Sequence record: NC_054920.1 | Length of the DNA stretch: 64,000 nt | Source of the DNA: Escherichia phage vB_EcoM_G9062 | Strand: one strand, 5' to 3' | Part shown: positions 30,298-40,670 of the stretch, one piece after another | Position numbering within the stretch: the first letter of the stretch is position 1 | Layout: each line of letters opens with the position of its first letter | Position numbers and translations under genes: made by a program | The notes under the pieces: model-generated | Databases searched by the model: none | Told to the model about the DNA's origin: nothing | What the model saw: only the letters and a program-made list of their open reading frames with translations

Positions 30298-31272
30298 TCA
30301 CTTCCACTGCATTTCGCATGCTAATTGAATGAAAAGATAAGCTAAATGCAATTCAGTATTAGCTGCAATACCATGATACTGATTATTTTCGCCTACAATT
30401 TCGTACATACGAATAATACTCTGCGGAGTTACACGTGAATAGATTTCTTCGGCAAGTTTACCAACGAACCACGAATAATCAGCTGCATATTTTGGTGCTA
30501 AAGCTCTGAGTTGTTTAACATCTTTATTTTTGAGAGACTCAAGAACATCATCAATAGCACCACGATCGTTAGTAACCAGTGATAAAATACCAGCATCCAA
30601 AACACCTTTAGATGAATAACTATCGAGCTCGCCAATAGTTTTACGAAAATCAGGAAAATTCTTTTTAACCAAAGCTGCTACAACTTTCATATCAGCTATA
30701 GCAATTCCTTCATGCTTACAGATTTCAGTCAATCGACGAATCATCTGCTTCATCATTTCAATTTTATCTTCATCGGTCGGTTGACCGAACGTAATAACTC
30801 GGCAGCGTGACTGAAGTGGTTTAATAATACCATCAATATTGTTAGCAGTAATAATAATACTACAGTTTGAACTATAAGCTTCCATAAAGGAACGAAGATG
30901 TCGCTGAGATTCTGCTAAACCTGAACGGTCAAATTCATCAATAACGATTACTTTTTGACGACCATCAAATGAAGCGGCGCTGGCAAAATTAGTCAAAGGA
31001 CCACGAACGAAATCAATTTTACAATCTGAACCATTCACAAACATCATATCAGCATTTACATCATGACACAATGCTTTTGCTACAGTTGTTTTACCTGTTC
31101 CTGGAGAAGGAGAATGAAGAATAATATGTGGAATCTTACCTTTACTTGTAATAGATTTAAAGGTTTCTTTATCAAAGGCGGGAAGAATACATTCATCGAT
31201 AGTAGATGGACGATATTTCTGTTCAAGAATGTGTTCTTTTTCATTTACGGTAATCATAATTTCCTCATTCAA
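30298..31272 (-). CDS. 44: clamp loader ATPase gp44, AAA+ (324 aa)
   Basis: Walker [11 protein letters not shown]; Walker B VIVIDEFD; SRC motif. Confidence 0.9.
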   Translation of the reverse strand: MNEEIMITVNEKEHILEQKYRPSTIDECILPAFDKETFKSITSKGKIPHIILHSPSPGTGKTTVAKALCHDVNADMMFVNGSDCKIDFVRGPLTNFASAASFDGRQKVIVIDEFDRSGLAESQRHLRSFMEAYSSNCSIIITANNIDGIIKPLQSRCRVITFGQPTDEDKIEMMKQMIRRLTEICKHEGIAIADMKVVAALVKKNFPDFRKTIGELDSYSSKGVLDAGILSLVTNDRGAIDDVLESLKNKDVKQLRALAPKYAADYSWFVGKLAEEIYSRVTPQSIIRMYEIVGENNQYHGIAANTELHLAYLFIQLACEMQWK

Positions 31273-31290
31273 GTTTTAGTGTAAATTATA

Positions 31291-31305
31291 AAGGGCCGAA
31301 GCCCT
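31291..31305 (-). terminator. intercistronic hairpin, C(UUCG)G loop
   Basis: plus aagggccgaagccct. Confidence 0.4.
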
Positions 31306-31308
31306 CTA

Positions 31309-31995
31309 TTAAAAATCATGGGTAGAATCAGCTTCAAGAGCTACTACATAATTCGCATGTTCACCTTCAAATTTAGCAGCGCCTTGTTTACCTTTTGCCC
31401 AAAGCAGAAGTTTATAATTTCCTGGTTGCATTTTCATATTTGCCATATTGATAATGAAATTAAATGTGTTTTCACCATCATAATCACCAAGAGTCAAAGA
31501 ATATTTAACACGAGTCAAAGCAGAATCTTCTACTTTATTAAAACCGTTAATTACGATTTTACCTTCTTTTACTGTGATAGCAATTGTATCAATCTGCAGA
31601 CCGCGAGATACACGCAACAACTGTTGAAGGTCTTCAGCTTTAATTTCGGTAACAACAGATGCTACCGGGAATGGAATTGGTTTATTAGGAGCAACTACTG
31701 TACTCGGATCGGCTGCTGGCCAAAAAATTGTTGAACGGGCATCAGCAATTTTAATATTTCCATCTTCTGACTGGGAAATTTCTGCATCATCATTAACTAG
31801 CGACAGAATACCGAGAAAACCGTTCAAATCGTAAATTGCTACATCAAAATCAATAACGTCAGAAATATTTGCTTCCGCGTAAGTTGTACCATTAACTGCG
31901 CGAGTCATAATAAATTGACCGGATTTAAGCATAATGCCAGAGTTAATAGTAGCGAAATTTTTAAGCAGAGCAGTAGTATCTTTAGACAGTTTCAT
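31309..31995 (-). CDS. 45: sliding clamp gp45 (228 aa)
   Basis: 228 aa; MKLSKDTTALLKNFATINSGIML... as T4 gp45. Confidence 0.9.
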   Translation of the reverse strand: MKLSKDTTALLKNFATINSGIMLKSGQFIMTRAVNGTTYAEANISDVIDFDVAIYDLNGFLGILSLVNDDAEISQSEDGNIKIADARSTIFWPAADPSTVVAPNKPIPFPVASVVTEIKAEDLQQLLRVSRGLQIDTIAITVKEGKIVINGFNKVEDSALTRVKYSLTLGDYDGENTFNFIINMANMKMQPGNYKLLLWAKGKQGAAKFEGEHANYVVALEADSTHDF

Positions 31996-32016
31996 GTAAT
32001 TTCCTTCAATTCAAAT

Positions 32017-32041
32017 GAGATTTAATTTTATAACTAATTTA
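32017..32041 (-). promoter_or_regulatory. middle promoter (MotA box) for gene 45
   Basis: minus-strand TTGCTTTA, 12 nt spacer, TATAAA. Confidence 0.45.
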
Positions 32042-32050
32042 ATAAAGCAA

Positions 32051-32440
32051 TTAACGATTAAAATCAGCCGCAATTGTTTCCGCAACAATTTGAGCAGCAA
32101 CAATTAGACGTTCATCTGCATTACCGCAATAATCATCTTCAAGACGTTCACCACATGAAGTCATAATAAATTTAGCACCGGCGTTTAGGGATTCTGTAGT
32201 ATGTTTGCGCATTAGTTCAATCCATTTATTACTTACTTCACGATCGATAGCTTCATAATACGCATGACGAGCAGGTGCAGATTTAATTTTGTTCTGAATA
32301 ACTTCCATTGCGTTATCAGAAAGAGACAAAACCCATGCTCGACGAATTTTATTTTGGTTTTGTGGATTTGATTCAGAACGCACGTGTTTTGGCTGAATAT
32401 CTTTTACATCAACAGTATAATTCACAGTAATTTTAGTCAT
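32051..32440 (-). CDS. rpbA: RNA polymerase binding protein RpbA (129 aa)
   Basis: 129 aa and position between 45 and 46. Confidence 0.75.
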
Positions 32441-32449
32441 AATACACCT

Positions 32450-32638
32450 TTAGTCATAATAATCAGTAACAGTCCAAGCTTCATTTCTATTGGACATTAT
32501 TTTTGTATATTCTGCTTTAAATGCATTCCTAAGCATAGATTCAGTAACTATATGCTCTTCATTAGAAAAATTATTTCTCAGAATATATCGTTTTATTTCA
32601 GGAATAGTTAATAGATGCTGTCCGGTTGAATATTCCAT
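32450..32638 (-). CDS. hypothetical protein (62 aa)
   Basis: minus-strand ORF. Confidence 0.45.
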   Translation of the reverse strand: MEYSTGQHLLTIPEIKRYILRNNFSNEEHIVTESMLRNAFKAEYTKIMSNRNEAWTVTDYYD

Positions 32639-32693
32639 GTTTTTCCTCCATAGAGATTATACTCTAATAAATTAAAGCATAATCTCTTATAAA

Positions 32694-34376
32694 TTAAACC
32701 ATTACAGTAAATCGACCAACTTTCTTCATTTGAAGATGCTGACCGTATGCTTGCGGGTCATGGTCTCTATGTGAAATAACAAAAACGTTAGTATTTTTTA
32801 AACTATCTAAAATAGTTGAAATAGCTTTTACACCTTCAACGTCGGTCGCTGAATCAAAAACTTCGTCAAGAATTAACGTGTTTATTTTAACACCTGAAAC
32901 TTTTTCAGCAATATCACGCCAAGTAAATAAAAGAGCAATATCAATTCGTGCTTTTTCACCTTGACTGAATGAAGCATAACTAAAATCTTCGCGACCACGG
33001 GATTTAATTGTCTCATTAAATTCTTCATCTAATGTAAACACATAATCCGCTTCCATTATTTTAAGATAATGGTTAATCTGCTTATTAAATAATGGAATGT
33101 ACTTTTTAATAATAGCACCTTTAATACCAGAATCTTTGAGCATATCAGTCAAAATTCCTCGGTGGTATTTTTCCATTACTAAATTAGTTTTTGTCTTAAC
33201 AATTTTATCAAGTTCTTCTTGAAGCAGTGCTATTTCATCAGCATGGTCAATAAACTCAGAAGATGCTTTTTCTATAGCCGCTTTAACCTTTTTAGCTTTA
33301 TCTACTGCTGCGATCAGAGATTGCTTTTTATTGCGAATATCATTTGCTAACGACTGTTGGGTTTTAATATTATCTCGGTATTCATCAACAAGAACTTTTA
33401 AATTATCACGATGTGTTGAAAGCTGTTCAAACGAATGCGTACATTCAGAAACTTTATCTTTAATTTTAGAAACAACTTTATCACCGGAACTCAATTGTGA
33501 CAAACAGGTTGGACATAATCCACCTTCGTGATACATATTAATGACTTTATTATACGAGTCAATTTTTGATTTAATTAAAACTGCTTCTTGACCGATTTTA
33601 TTAAATGCATCAGTCGGGTCTTCATCTAAAACAATATTAACTAATCTTTCATTAGCTTCTTCTATTTCCGATTTTAGCGTTCTAGCTTCTTTTGCCAAAT
33701 CATCATACATATTTTGCAGACGAGTAAGATTGTCACCCGTTAATTTTTTCTGGCGTTCAACGTTATCATTATATATTTTAATTTGTTGGATAATACTATC
33801 TTTTTTAACGTCAAGCACTTGGTTTTGTGAATTTAATTCACGTATTAGTGCTTTATTAAGCTTATCCATTTCAGCTAATGTTCCTACCTCAAGCAGGTCT
33901 TCCACAAGCTTTCTTCGCGCAGGGGTCGACAAACCCATGAAAGGGGTATACCCTGCTGTACCAAGGACAACAATCTGCTTGAAACTGGCATATGACATTC
34001 CGATAAGCTGTTCAAATTCTGCTTGGAAATCTTTACTGCTGGCAGATTCATTAAGACGTGTACCGTTAACGGTGATTTCAAAAACGTTCGGTTTTTGTCC
34101 TCTTTTGATATAGTACTTTTTCTCATCATATTCCATCCACAGTTCAACTAAAAGTTCTTTCTTATTTGTGCTGTTTATTAATTGACCTTTCTTTACATCA
34201 CGAAATGGCTTGCCAAAAAGCCCAAATGTGATGGCTTCTAACATAGTAGACTTACCACCGCCATTTCGTCCAGTAATAAGAGTTTTTTGAACCTTATCTA
34301 ATTGAATGTCAATAGGATTTCCACCTACTGACATTATATTTTGATACCTAACTCGGTTTAGTTTAAAATTCTTCAC
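32694..34376 (-). CDS. 46: recombination nuclease subunit gp46, Rad50/SbcC-like ATPase (560 aa)
   Basis: Walker A GRNGGGKST; long coiled coil with CPTC zinc hook; C-terminal LILDEVFD. Confidence 0.9.
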   Translation of the reverse strand: MKNFKLNRVRYQNIMSVGGNPIDIQLDKVQKTLITGRNGGGKSTMLEAITFGLFGKPFRDVKKGQLINSTNKKELLVELWMEYDEKKYYIKRGQKPNVFEITVNGTRLNESASSKDFQAEFEQLIGMSYASFKQIVVLGTAGYTPFMGLSTPARRKLVEDLLEVGTLAEMDKLNKALIRELNSQNQVLDVKKDSIIQQIKIYNDNVERQKKLTGDNLTRLQNMYDDLAKEARTLKSEIEEANERLVNIVLDEDPTDAFNKIGQEAVLIKSKIDSYNKVINMYHEGGLCPTCLSQLSSGDKVVSKIKDKVSECTHSFEQLSTHRDNLKVLVDEYRDNIKTQQSLANDIRNKKQSLIAAVDKAKKVKAAIEKASSEFIDHADEIALLQEELDKIVKTKTNLVMEKYHRGILTDMLKDSGIKGAIIKKYIPLFNKQINHYLKIMEADYVFTLDEEFNETIKSRGREDFSYASFSQGEKARIDIALLFTWRDIAEKVSGVKINTLILDEVFDSATDVEGVKAISTILDSLKNTNVFVISHRDHDPQAYGQHLQMKKVGRFTVMV

Positions 34377-34636
34377 AAAAGATTCCTTTTAATGTATCTT
34401 TTAGACCATTCTATCATATCATCATAATCTAAAAAGTATTCATCAAATTCAGCCATGCAAACAACGCCTTGTGCTGTTTTTGATGTAATATAAATTATTC
34501 CAACATATCTAGAATCTTCTTCGGTATAATCAATGTTTGCTATGAATTCATCATTAATGTCAAATGTCGAAAACTTCACAGTATGCATCCTTAATACAAG
34601 ATACGGCCATATCTCGTAATGATTTAGGTGTGTCAT
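34373..34636 (-). CDS. hypothetical protein (87 aa)
   Basis: ATGA overlap with gene 46 start. Confidence 0.45.
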   Translation of the reverse strand: MTHLNHYEIWPYLVLRMHTVKFSTFDINDEFIANIDYTEEDSRYVGIIYITSKTAQGVVCMAEFDEYFLDYDDMIEWSKRYIKRNLL

Positions 34637-34823
34637 TATCTAAAATGTTGAAGTTAAAAGATACAGCCCAGTCAGTGCAGACTGTAACCTTTTTAATACA
34701 ATTATCTTCAACCTCTAACGGTTCAAACCAATATTCAATAATTTCTTTATGCCCAATATCATCTTTTACTTCGCATTCAAAATGCTGACTCATCATAACA
34801 TTTTTAAATTCATCAAAAGTCAT
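34560..34823 (-). CDS. hypothetical protein (87 aa)
   Basis: overlaps neighbour in a different frame; start uncertain. Confidence 0.4.
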   Translation of the reverse strand: MTFDEFKNVMMSQHFECEVKDDIGHKEIIEYWFEPLEVEDNCIKKVTVCTDWAVSFNFNILDNDTPKSLRDMAVSCIKDAYCEVFDI

Positions 34824-35839
34824 TGTGTTGCCTCTACATATAGCTGATTTGCATATTGAATAAGTGCTTCACGGTCAGAATCAGTGATGTCTGGAATTGC
34901 ATTAATATACTCTTCCATTAATGTCTGAAGCGATTGGACTTCAACTTCTTCACTGTCATCTGACTCGACAGAGTTATCAATCTTTGACACAACTCGTAAT
35001 GAATGCACAACTTTCTCTAGTTCAGATTCAAACTTCGTCAGATTTTTGTCTACTTCAGTTACTATAACACGTACTGATAGATTTGTAAAATCTTTATAGT
35101 CAATTTTTCCTTTAAATGGATAATGAATTCTACGATGCCAGGTAGTATTGTTTGGAATAAATTCCATTCGTTCTGTTTCTGTATCAAACATCCAGAACCC
35201 GCGAGGGTCATTCTCGTCACCTGCAGTTAGTGTCCATGGTGTCCCAATATATCTGACGTTAGCAGCCTCAGAGATAGTATGGAAGTGACCAGACCACACT
35301 TCTTTATAAGTCTTAAGGAAATCAGGTTCAAGACCATGAGATTTCATTCCTTTATAAAAATAAAATCCATTCAGTTCCCAGTGACCAACACAAAAAGAAG
35401 CAGATGAAGTTTTGATGTGTTCAAGAATTTCACCAGTATTTTCTTCACACATCCAAGGAATTAAATCAATCAAACATCCGTCAAAATCTACTGTAGTAGG
35501 CTTATCATACACTTTAACATTATGATATTTAGCCAAAAGCTCAGTAGAAGCATTTGGATGCATTACATTTTTGTAGTGGAGATCGTGATTTCCTACAATA
35601 GTATGTAATGTGATTCCAGCGTCATCAAGCATTTGAACTATTTCACGGGCAAACTCCATAGTTTTATGTGTAATTGCTTTTCGCACATCAAAGATATCAC
35701 CATATTGAATCCATACAGTAATTCCATTTTTCTTAGAATATTCTATCGCTTGCTTAATTCCATCAATTTGAATACCGCGAATCCACTCATCATCAGCTTT
35801 AACGCCTAAATGCCAATCACCCAAGTTTAGTATTTTCAT
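34820..35839 (-). CDS. 47: recombination nuclease subunit gp47, Mre11/SbcD-like (339 aa)
   Basis: phosphoesterase motifs DWHLG, GDIFD, GNHD, GHWE. Confidence 0.9.
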   Translation of the reverse strand: MKILNLGDWHLGVKADDEWIRGIQIDGIKQAIEYSKKNGITVWIQYGDIFDVRKAITHKTMEFAREIVQMLDDAGITLHTIVGNHDLHYKNVMHPNASTELLAKYHNVKVYDKPTTVDFDGCLIDLIPWMCEENTGEILEHIKTSSASFCVGHWELNGFYFYKGMKSHGLEPDFLKTYKEVWSGHFHTISEAANVRYIGTPWTLTAGDENDPRGFWMFDTETERMEFIPNNTTWHRRIHYPFKGKIDYKDFTNLSVRVIVTEVDKNLTKFESELEKVVHSLRVVSKIDNSVESDDSEEVEVQSLQTLMEEYINAIPDITDSDREALIQYANQLYVEATQ

Positions 35840-36440
35840 GGTGTCTTTTCCATCCTAATTTAGCTGCTTTTGAAACCAGTTCTTTAATTTTTCCTTTTGT
35901 CCATTCAGGACCAGGAGGTTCATGACATAACATTTGCTTAACTCCGTTATTATACCATTTTTTACCTTTATTATGTGATGAAGCTTTAAATTTATTTGAC
36001 CTTCCTTTTACATAACCTTCTGGAATATAAGGCAAAAAGGCAGATTTTCCTGTTAATGGATCATGTGAATGTATATTTCCTTTACAATTATGAGAACCAT
36101 ATAATGGATGATTTTGTCCTTTATTATCTCTTCCAAATGAACCTTTTGGAGCAGCATATGACATATTAAAGAATAATGGATTTTTAACTGCATCATGCAA
36201 TCGTTGATAATATAACTCGCATTTAATAGCTTCTTCACGCGTATCAAATTCAGCTAAAATGCATGAATCAAATAAGTGAGGATTATCTGAAAGCTCTTTA
36301 TTATAAATTTTCTTATACTTTTTAGATAAAACTGAGCCATGATATCCAGCTAAATGCCTATCTAAAGACGTAGATCCAATATAAAAAGGAGGAAGTTTAT
36401 CTCCGCTATATATTGTTAAATAAGTTATATATTTTTTCAT
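35817..36440 (-). mobile_element. GIY-YIG homing endonuclease-like gene (207 aa)
   Basis: N-terminal KYITYLTIY...PFYIGST and CILAEFDTREEAIKCE (GIY-YIG core); Lys/His-rich DNA-binding tail; overlaps gene 47 start by 23 nt. Confidence 0.65.
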
Positions 36441-36577
36441 ATATCAAGAACCGTCATTGAAATGCAAAATAAAATTATTGAAATAAACCCATCTGGTGTG
36501 CTAAAGAACCCAATCCAACATGCTCTAGTGAATAGATAAAATGCGAGAAAAAGTATCACATATCCAAGAAATATCAT
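36437..36577 (-). CDS. hydrophobic peptide (46 aa) coupled to GIY-YIG gene, not in ORF track
   Basis: my translation MIFLGYVILFLAFYLFTRACW...; stop overlaps GIY-YIG ATG (ATGA); SD GGAG. Confidence 0.35.
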   Translation of the reverse strand: MIFLGYVILFLAFYLFTRACWIGFFSTPDGFISIILFCISMTVLDI

Positions 36578-36600
36578 TATATCAAACTCCGTATAAAGCT

Positions 36601-36618
36601 AAAGGGCCGAAGCCCTTT
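36601..36618 (-). terminator. hairpin downstream of alpha-gt, C(UUCG)G loop
   Basis: plus aaagggccgaagcccttt. Confidence 0.5.
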
Positions 36619-37819
36619 ATTTTGTAATAATGTCAAACTGTTCTTTAAAGCAGAAGCTTGAATCTTGATGTTGATACAAAAATTCATATGCTTTTTCTCG
36701 CTCACGGTCATAAAGAGCTCGGTCAGATGACAGTTCTTTAATACGTTCAAACGTTGATTCCATATCATTTTCATCAAACCAAATGATACCGCTATCATGC
36801 GAGGTCAAAGGAGTATTATCAACACGGAATTTTAAATTTTCGCCAGTAGATTTCCAAAATACCGGAATTGTTCCACATGCACCAAGCTCGAGATGAGTAT
36901 ATTCTAAAGAACGTTGTAGATATTTTTTGTCCAACTTACTCAGCTGATAACCAAAACCGGATTTACTCATGCGTTCAAGCATTTCGCTATTTACATAACG
37001 GTCAAGAATTTGCGTTGGCAAATTAGGAGCAATTTTAATTTGGTCTACTTGATGAAGACGATAATACTCGTATGGAATTCCCTTTTCTTTAATAGGAATG
37101 AACGCTGGAGAACGTTCCAGACCTTCCATAATAGTACTTAGTCCTGCAGGTTTAAGATGTTTTTCATGAAAATCAAACATCTGATAAAAACCTTTCCATG
37201 TAGTCGTACGACCAATCCAACGGTTGATATTCATGTTAATTTCAGAAACATCTTTCCAGTAGGTTGACCGAACCTTCGCAATATCCATAGGAGGCTGAAA
37301 GTTATATACTGTCGGTGCTTCTTCAATATCATCAAACAGAGAAACAGTTTCTGGATACCATTCTTTCATCAGAACTTTATTAAAATCACCATTATCAGAA
37401 TGACTAAAAATAACATCAGCTCGACGAACAGTTTCTTCTAATCCCAAATTTCGACGCAAAGAAAGAGAAGAATGGTCATGTTGATAAACTACAACACGAA
37501 CAGAAGGTTTAATGTTATCAATAATTTTTTTATAGTTATTAATAGTGTCTTCTTCAACCGAAGTAGCAGGAACTGAATTGATAATTAGAATATCACAATC
37601 ATTTACTAGCTTAAGTGTTTTATCATATTCTTTTGCCAATAAAACCGGAATTGAAAATGATTTATAATCATGCGCGCAATTACGAGTAAATGATTTATCT
37701 TTAGCATAAACCAAAGTTACTTCATGACCATTTTTAATAAACCAATCACGTTGCTCGAGTGAGAATTTTGTTACACCACAACCTTCAAGACCTCGAGCCA
37801 TAAAAATACATACTTTCAT
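36617..37819 (-). CDS. agt: DNA alpha-glucosyltransferase (400 aa)
   Basis: 400 aa; N-terminus ICIFMARGLEGCGVTKFSLEQRDWF as T4 alpha-gt. Confidence 0.9.
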   Translation of the reverse strand: MKVCIFMARGLEGCGVTKFSLEQRDWFIKNGHEVTLVYAKDKSFTRNCAHDYKSFSIPVLLAKEYDKTLKLVNDCDILIINSVPATSVEEDTINNYKKIIDNIKPSVRVVVYQHDHSSLSLRRNLGLEETVRRADVIFSHSDNGDFNKVLMKEWYPETVSLFDDIEEAPTVYNFQPPMDIAKVRSTYWKDVSEINMNINRWIGRTTTWKGFYQMFDFHEKHLKPAGLSTIMEGLERSPAFIPIKEKGIPYEYYRLHQVDQIKIAPNLPTQILDRYVNSEMLERMSKSGFGYQLSKLDKKYLQRSLEYTHLELGACGTIPVFWKSTGENLKFRVDNTPLTSHDSGIIWFDENDMESTFERIKELSSDRALYDREREKAYEFLYQHQDSSFCFKEQFDIITK

Positions 37820-37870
37820 TTAATATCCTCTTTGTTTTGGTTTATTTTACCAAAAATTTATAAAGCAATA

Positions 37871-37888
37871 TAGGAGCCGAAGCTCCTA
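37871..37888 (-). terminator. intercistronic hairpin, C(UUCG)G loop
   Basis: plus taggagccgaagctccta. Confidence 0.4.
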
Positions 37889-38077
37889 TCCACATAATAC
37901 GCCATACAGAGGCTCGTTAGAACTTTTAAATTTTATGCGCTTATATTTTATAGTTCCTTCTGCTTTAGCTTTATCATGAGACTCTTTAAAGCGTCTCATC
38001 ATTTCCTCTTGAGAGGAACGAATTTTATTATAATCTATTTCAGAAGTCTGGTGTTCATCTTTCATAACTGCCACCAT
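37886..38077 (-). CDS. hypothetical protein (63 aa)
   Basis: minus-strand ORF between alpha-gt and 55. Confidence 0.45.
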   Translation of the reverse strand: MVAVMKDEHQTSEIDYNKIRSSQEEMMRRFKESHDKAKAEGTIKYKRIKFKSSNEPLYGVLCG

Positions 38078-38268
38078 TTTTTGACTTGATAAGAATCAAC
38101 CCACACTTTCATATTGGGGTCTGCTCTTACAATAGGAGGATTAACTTCTTTAATTGAACTATCATGGTATTCTTTTTCAGAAATTTTCACACAAAGATGA
38201 CCATTCAAAGATTCAGTAAATCCTGCATTAATTTTAAGACGCTTGAATTTTACGTGTGTAAGCATCAA
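38062..38268 (-). CDS. hypothetical protein (68 aa)
   Basis: minus-strand ORF between alpha-gt and 55. Confidence 0.45.
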   Translation of the reverse strand: MMLTHVKFKRLKINAGFTESLNGHLCVKISEKEYHDSSIKEVNPPIVRADPNMKVWVDSYQVKKWWQL

Positions 38269-38551
38269 TCATATCCTCAATCTGCGATCTAGTAGTCTTC
38301 CAAAGAATACTGATGAGTTCATCGTTATATGGCTGTTTCAGAATATCCCGACTTTTCTTGATAGCATATTCGTATTGAGCAAAATTATTGTTTTCAGCTG
38401 CGATCTGAGCGTGCTTATAAAGACGATTCAGTTCGCGTTTGTTTTTAGACAATAACTTATTTGCTTTTCTTTCTGCTTCAAGACGGTTCTTTTCTTCAAT
38501 AGAAGAAATAAGCTTTTCCACTTCATCATTAATTTCGAGTTTATCAGTCAT
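38234..38551 (-). CDS. hypothetical protein (105 aa)
   Basis: minus-strand ORF, coiled-coil character. Confidence 0.45.
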   Translation of the reverse strand: MTDKLEINDEVEKLISSIEEKNRLEAERKANKLLSKNKRELNRLYKHAQIAAENNNFAQYEYAIKKSRDILKQPYNDELISILWKTTRSQIEDMIDAYTRKIQAS

Positions 38552-38552
38552 A

Positions 38553-38771
38553 TTATTTCTCTAATATAAAATAAAAATCATCATCTGTTAAATGATACCT
38601 GTAATTTAATTTTACACCATTAGATTTAAAAGCGGTATCATACGGATTTTCTGGATCAATATCAATGTCAAGAGCTAAAACTTCCCTGAGATACATTTTA
38701 AGTAAATAGGGAATAGCTTCAACTTCAGGTATTTCTTCCAAGAATCCGGAGAGGTTAATCGTTAGCCTCAT
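38553..38771 (-). CDS. hypothetical protein (72 aa)
   Basis: minus-strand ORF. Confidence 0.45.
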
Positions 38772-39318
38772 ATAAAAAATCCAAACTAGGAGAATCGTCT
38801 ACAACACTTTTCTTTTCAGCCCCCGGTGTTCTATAGGTTGATTCTTCGTAATGCGTCATTTTATCGTAGATGTCTTGAATAAAAGTTTCATCTACTAACG
38901 CAACCATATCGTCGTCACGGCTGTCATAGACATTGTGAACGAAGTAACTATATTTCTTTGCAACTTCCTTACGTTCTTTTTTAATACGTTGGACGAATGC
39001 ATTAAAACAAGCTTGAGTTATATACGCATGTGGGTTTTTATATTTCGTTTCATCAAAATTATGAAGCCCCTTAATAGAAGCTTCTATACCATCTGCAATC
39101 ATTTCTTGTTTCCAAGACTGGGTGTATCCTGAAAAGTTGAAACGTTTAGATAAGCCTTCTGCAATAAGCATAATGGCTAATCCGATAGTATCGTTCTGAC
39201 GAACTACTTTATTTGGGTCTTTATTATTTGCTAATTCTGTTTTCCAATCAATAATAGCTTGTAAAAGCTCTTTATTGTTTACGTAATTATATTTAGGCTT
39301 AGTTTCTGACATTTTCAC
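38755..39318 (-). CDS. 55: late transcription sigma factor gp55 (187 aa)
   Basis: size, position after alpha-gt, N-terminus as T4 gp55. Confidence 0.9.
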
Positions 39319-39390
39319 CTCTTAGCTCAATTCATAGATCTATTATATCATAATATTTGAAGATCTATCTTAAAGCATAGAGGATATCAG

Positions 39391-39660
39391 TTATCTAAGT
39401 AAACAGTATGCTTGGAACACTTTTTCCATCATCTTTTTAAATTCATGAATATCTATGTAATGACTAGTTAAATCAGCATGATATAAAAAGTCTAAAAACT
39501 TTTCATGTGTACTAACATATTCACTTTCATTTAATTCAGAAACATGGCTTTCCCAATATCCAACACCAGTCTTATTTGGGAAAAATGAAATTTTCATGTA
39601 TTTGTCAACATAGAAAATGCCATAATTTTCAATAGTAATAGAAATATTAATAAATTTCAT
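39391..39660 (-). CDS. hypothetical protein (89 aa)
   Basis: minus-strand ORF in 55-nrdH small-gene cluster. Confidence 0.45.
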   Translation of the reverse strand: MKFINISITIENYGIFYVDKYMKISFFPNKTGVGYWESHVSELNESEYVSTHEKFLDFLYHADLTSHYIDIHEFKKMMEKVFQAYCLLR

Positions 39661-39872
39661 ACATTCATCAACTTAGCCGCTTCAAGAGCTGCATCTAGTG
39701 AATCAAATTGATCAACATATTCAATCAATTCGCCGTAATTAGCATATAACCACCATTGGCTAAATTCATACTCAAGGATGAATCCGTTTCCTTCAATTTG
39801 AGTTAAACCAATGCCATTTGTATTTACTTCATACCCAGCAAGACGTAAATCGTTAATAAGAGCTTCGTTCAT
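39657..39872 (-). CDS. hypothetical protein (71 aa)
   Basis: ATGA-coupled ORF. Confidence 0.45.
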   Translation of the reverse strand: MNEALINDLRLAGYEVNTNGIGLTQIEGNGFILEYEFSQWWLYANYGELIEYVDQFDSLDAALEAAKLMNV

Positions 39873-39874
39873 AA

Positions 39875-40201
39875 TTATACCTTAGTAATTTTCAGGTCTG
39901 CAAATTTTTTCTTGCGTTGATTTTTCATGCGACGAATAGTTTTATCGGAAATTTCATGCTTTTGATAAGCTTTAGATTCTACACCAAAAGCTTTAACATC
40001 AAATTCTGACAAGATATATTGAACCAACAATTCACGGACAGTATTGCGTCCAATCTTCTGATCATTCTGTTTCATCGTCTGATGAAGCTCTTTTTCCCAT
40101 TTATCCAAAATTTGAGGAGTTACAATATCGCCTTTTTCTAGCAAAGAAACTACTTTATCATATGCGTAAGAATTAATGACGTTTTTAATTTGAATAGTCA
40201 T
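39875..40201 (-). CDS. hypothetical protein (108 aa)
   Basis: minus-strand ORF, basic C-terminus. Confidence 0.45.
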   Translation of the reverse strand: MTIQIKNVINSYAYDKVVSLLEKGDIVTPQILDKWEKELHQTMKQNDQKIGRNTVRELLVQYILSEFDVKAFGVESKAYQKHEISDKTIRRMKNQRKKKFADLKITKV

Positions 40202-40240
40202 ACATTATCCTCAATTACGTTAAAATTTTATTATCCAAAA

Positions 40241-40254
40241 AGGGCCGAAGCCCT
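40241..40254 (-). terminator. intercistronic hairpin, C(UUCG)G loop
   Basis: plus agggccgaagccct. Confidence 0.4.
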
Positions 40255-40454
40255 TAGCTAAACTTTTTGGCACCCTTCCAGCCTTCGTACATCATTGCGA
40301 CTGACAATGACAAAGCTCCTTCACATGCTGCATACTTATTATTCCAGAACCAATTTAGAAAAACTTCATCCTCAATACCATTGTGTTTCATGTTCTGGAA
40401 AAATTTGGCGCGTTCTTCAGCAATTCGCTGCGATAATTTAGATTCAGGATTCAT
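40254..40454 (-). CDS. hypothetical protein (66 aa)
   Basis: minus-strand ORF; a plus-strand alternative overlaps and is judged less likely. Confidence 0.4.
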   Translation of the reverse strand: MNPESKLSQRIAEERAKFFQNMKHNGIEDEVFLNWFWNNKYAACEGALSLSVAMMYEGWKGAKKFS

Positions 40455-40670
40455 TTAAATTTCCCAATTACCATTTTCATCAATAAATTTAATCCAGTCA
40501 TTTACTGACCACTTAGTTGTATCGCCTTTTGGAGTAGCATTTAAAGTATATAGCCCTTGCTTAAAAAGCATTCGTTTGATATTCATATTTTCCTCAGCTG
40601 TAACGATAGCACTCGTTTGATTTACGTTTAGCAACTCGTTGAGAAATATTATAATCAAAATCATCGTCAA
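40455..40670 (-). CDS. hypothetical protein (71 aa or shorter)
   Basis: minus-strand ORF; probable internal start. Confidence 0.4.
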   Translation of the reverse strand: MTMILIIIFLNELLNVNQTSAIVTAEENMNIKRMLFKQGLYTLNATPKGDTTKWSVNDWIKFIDENGNWEI

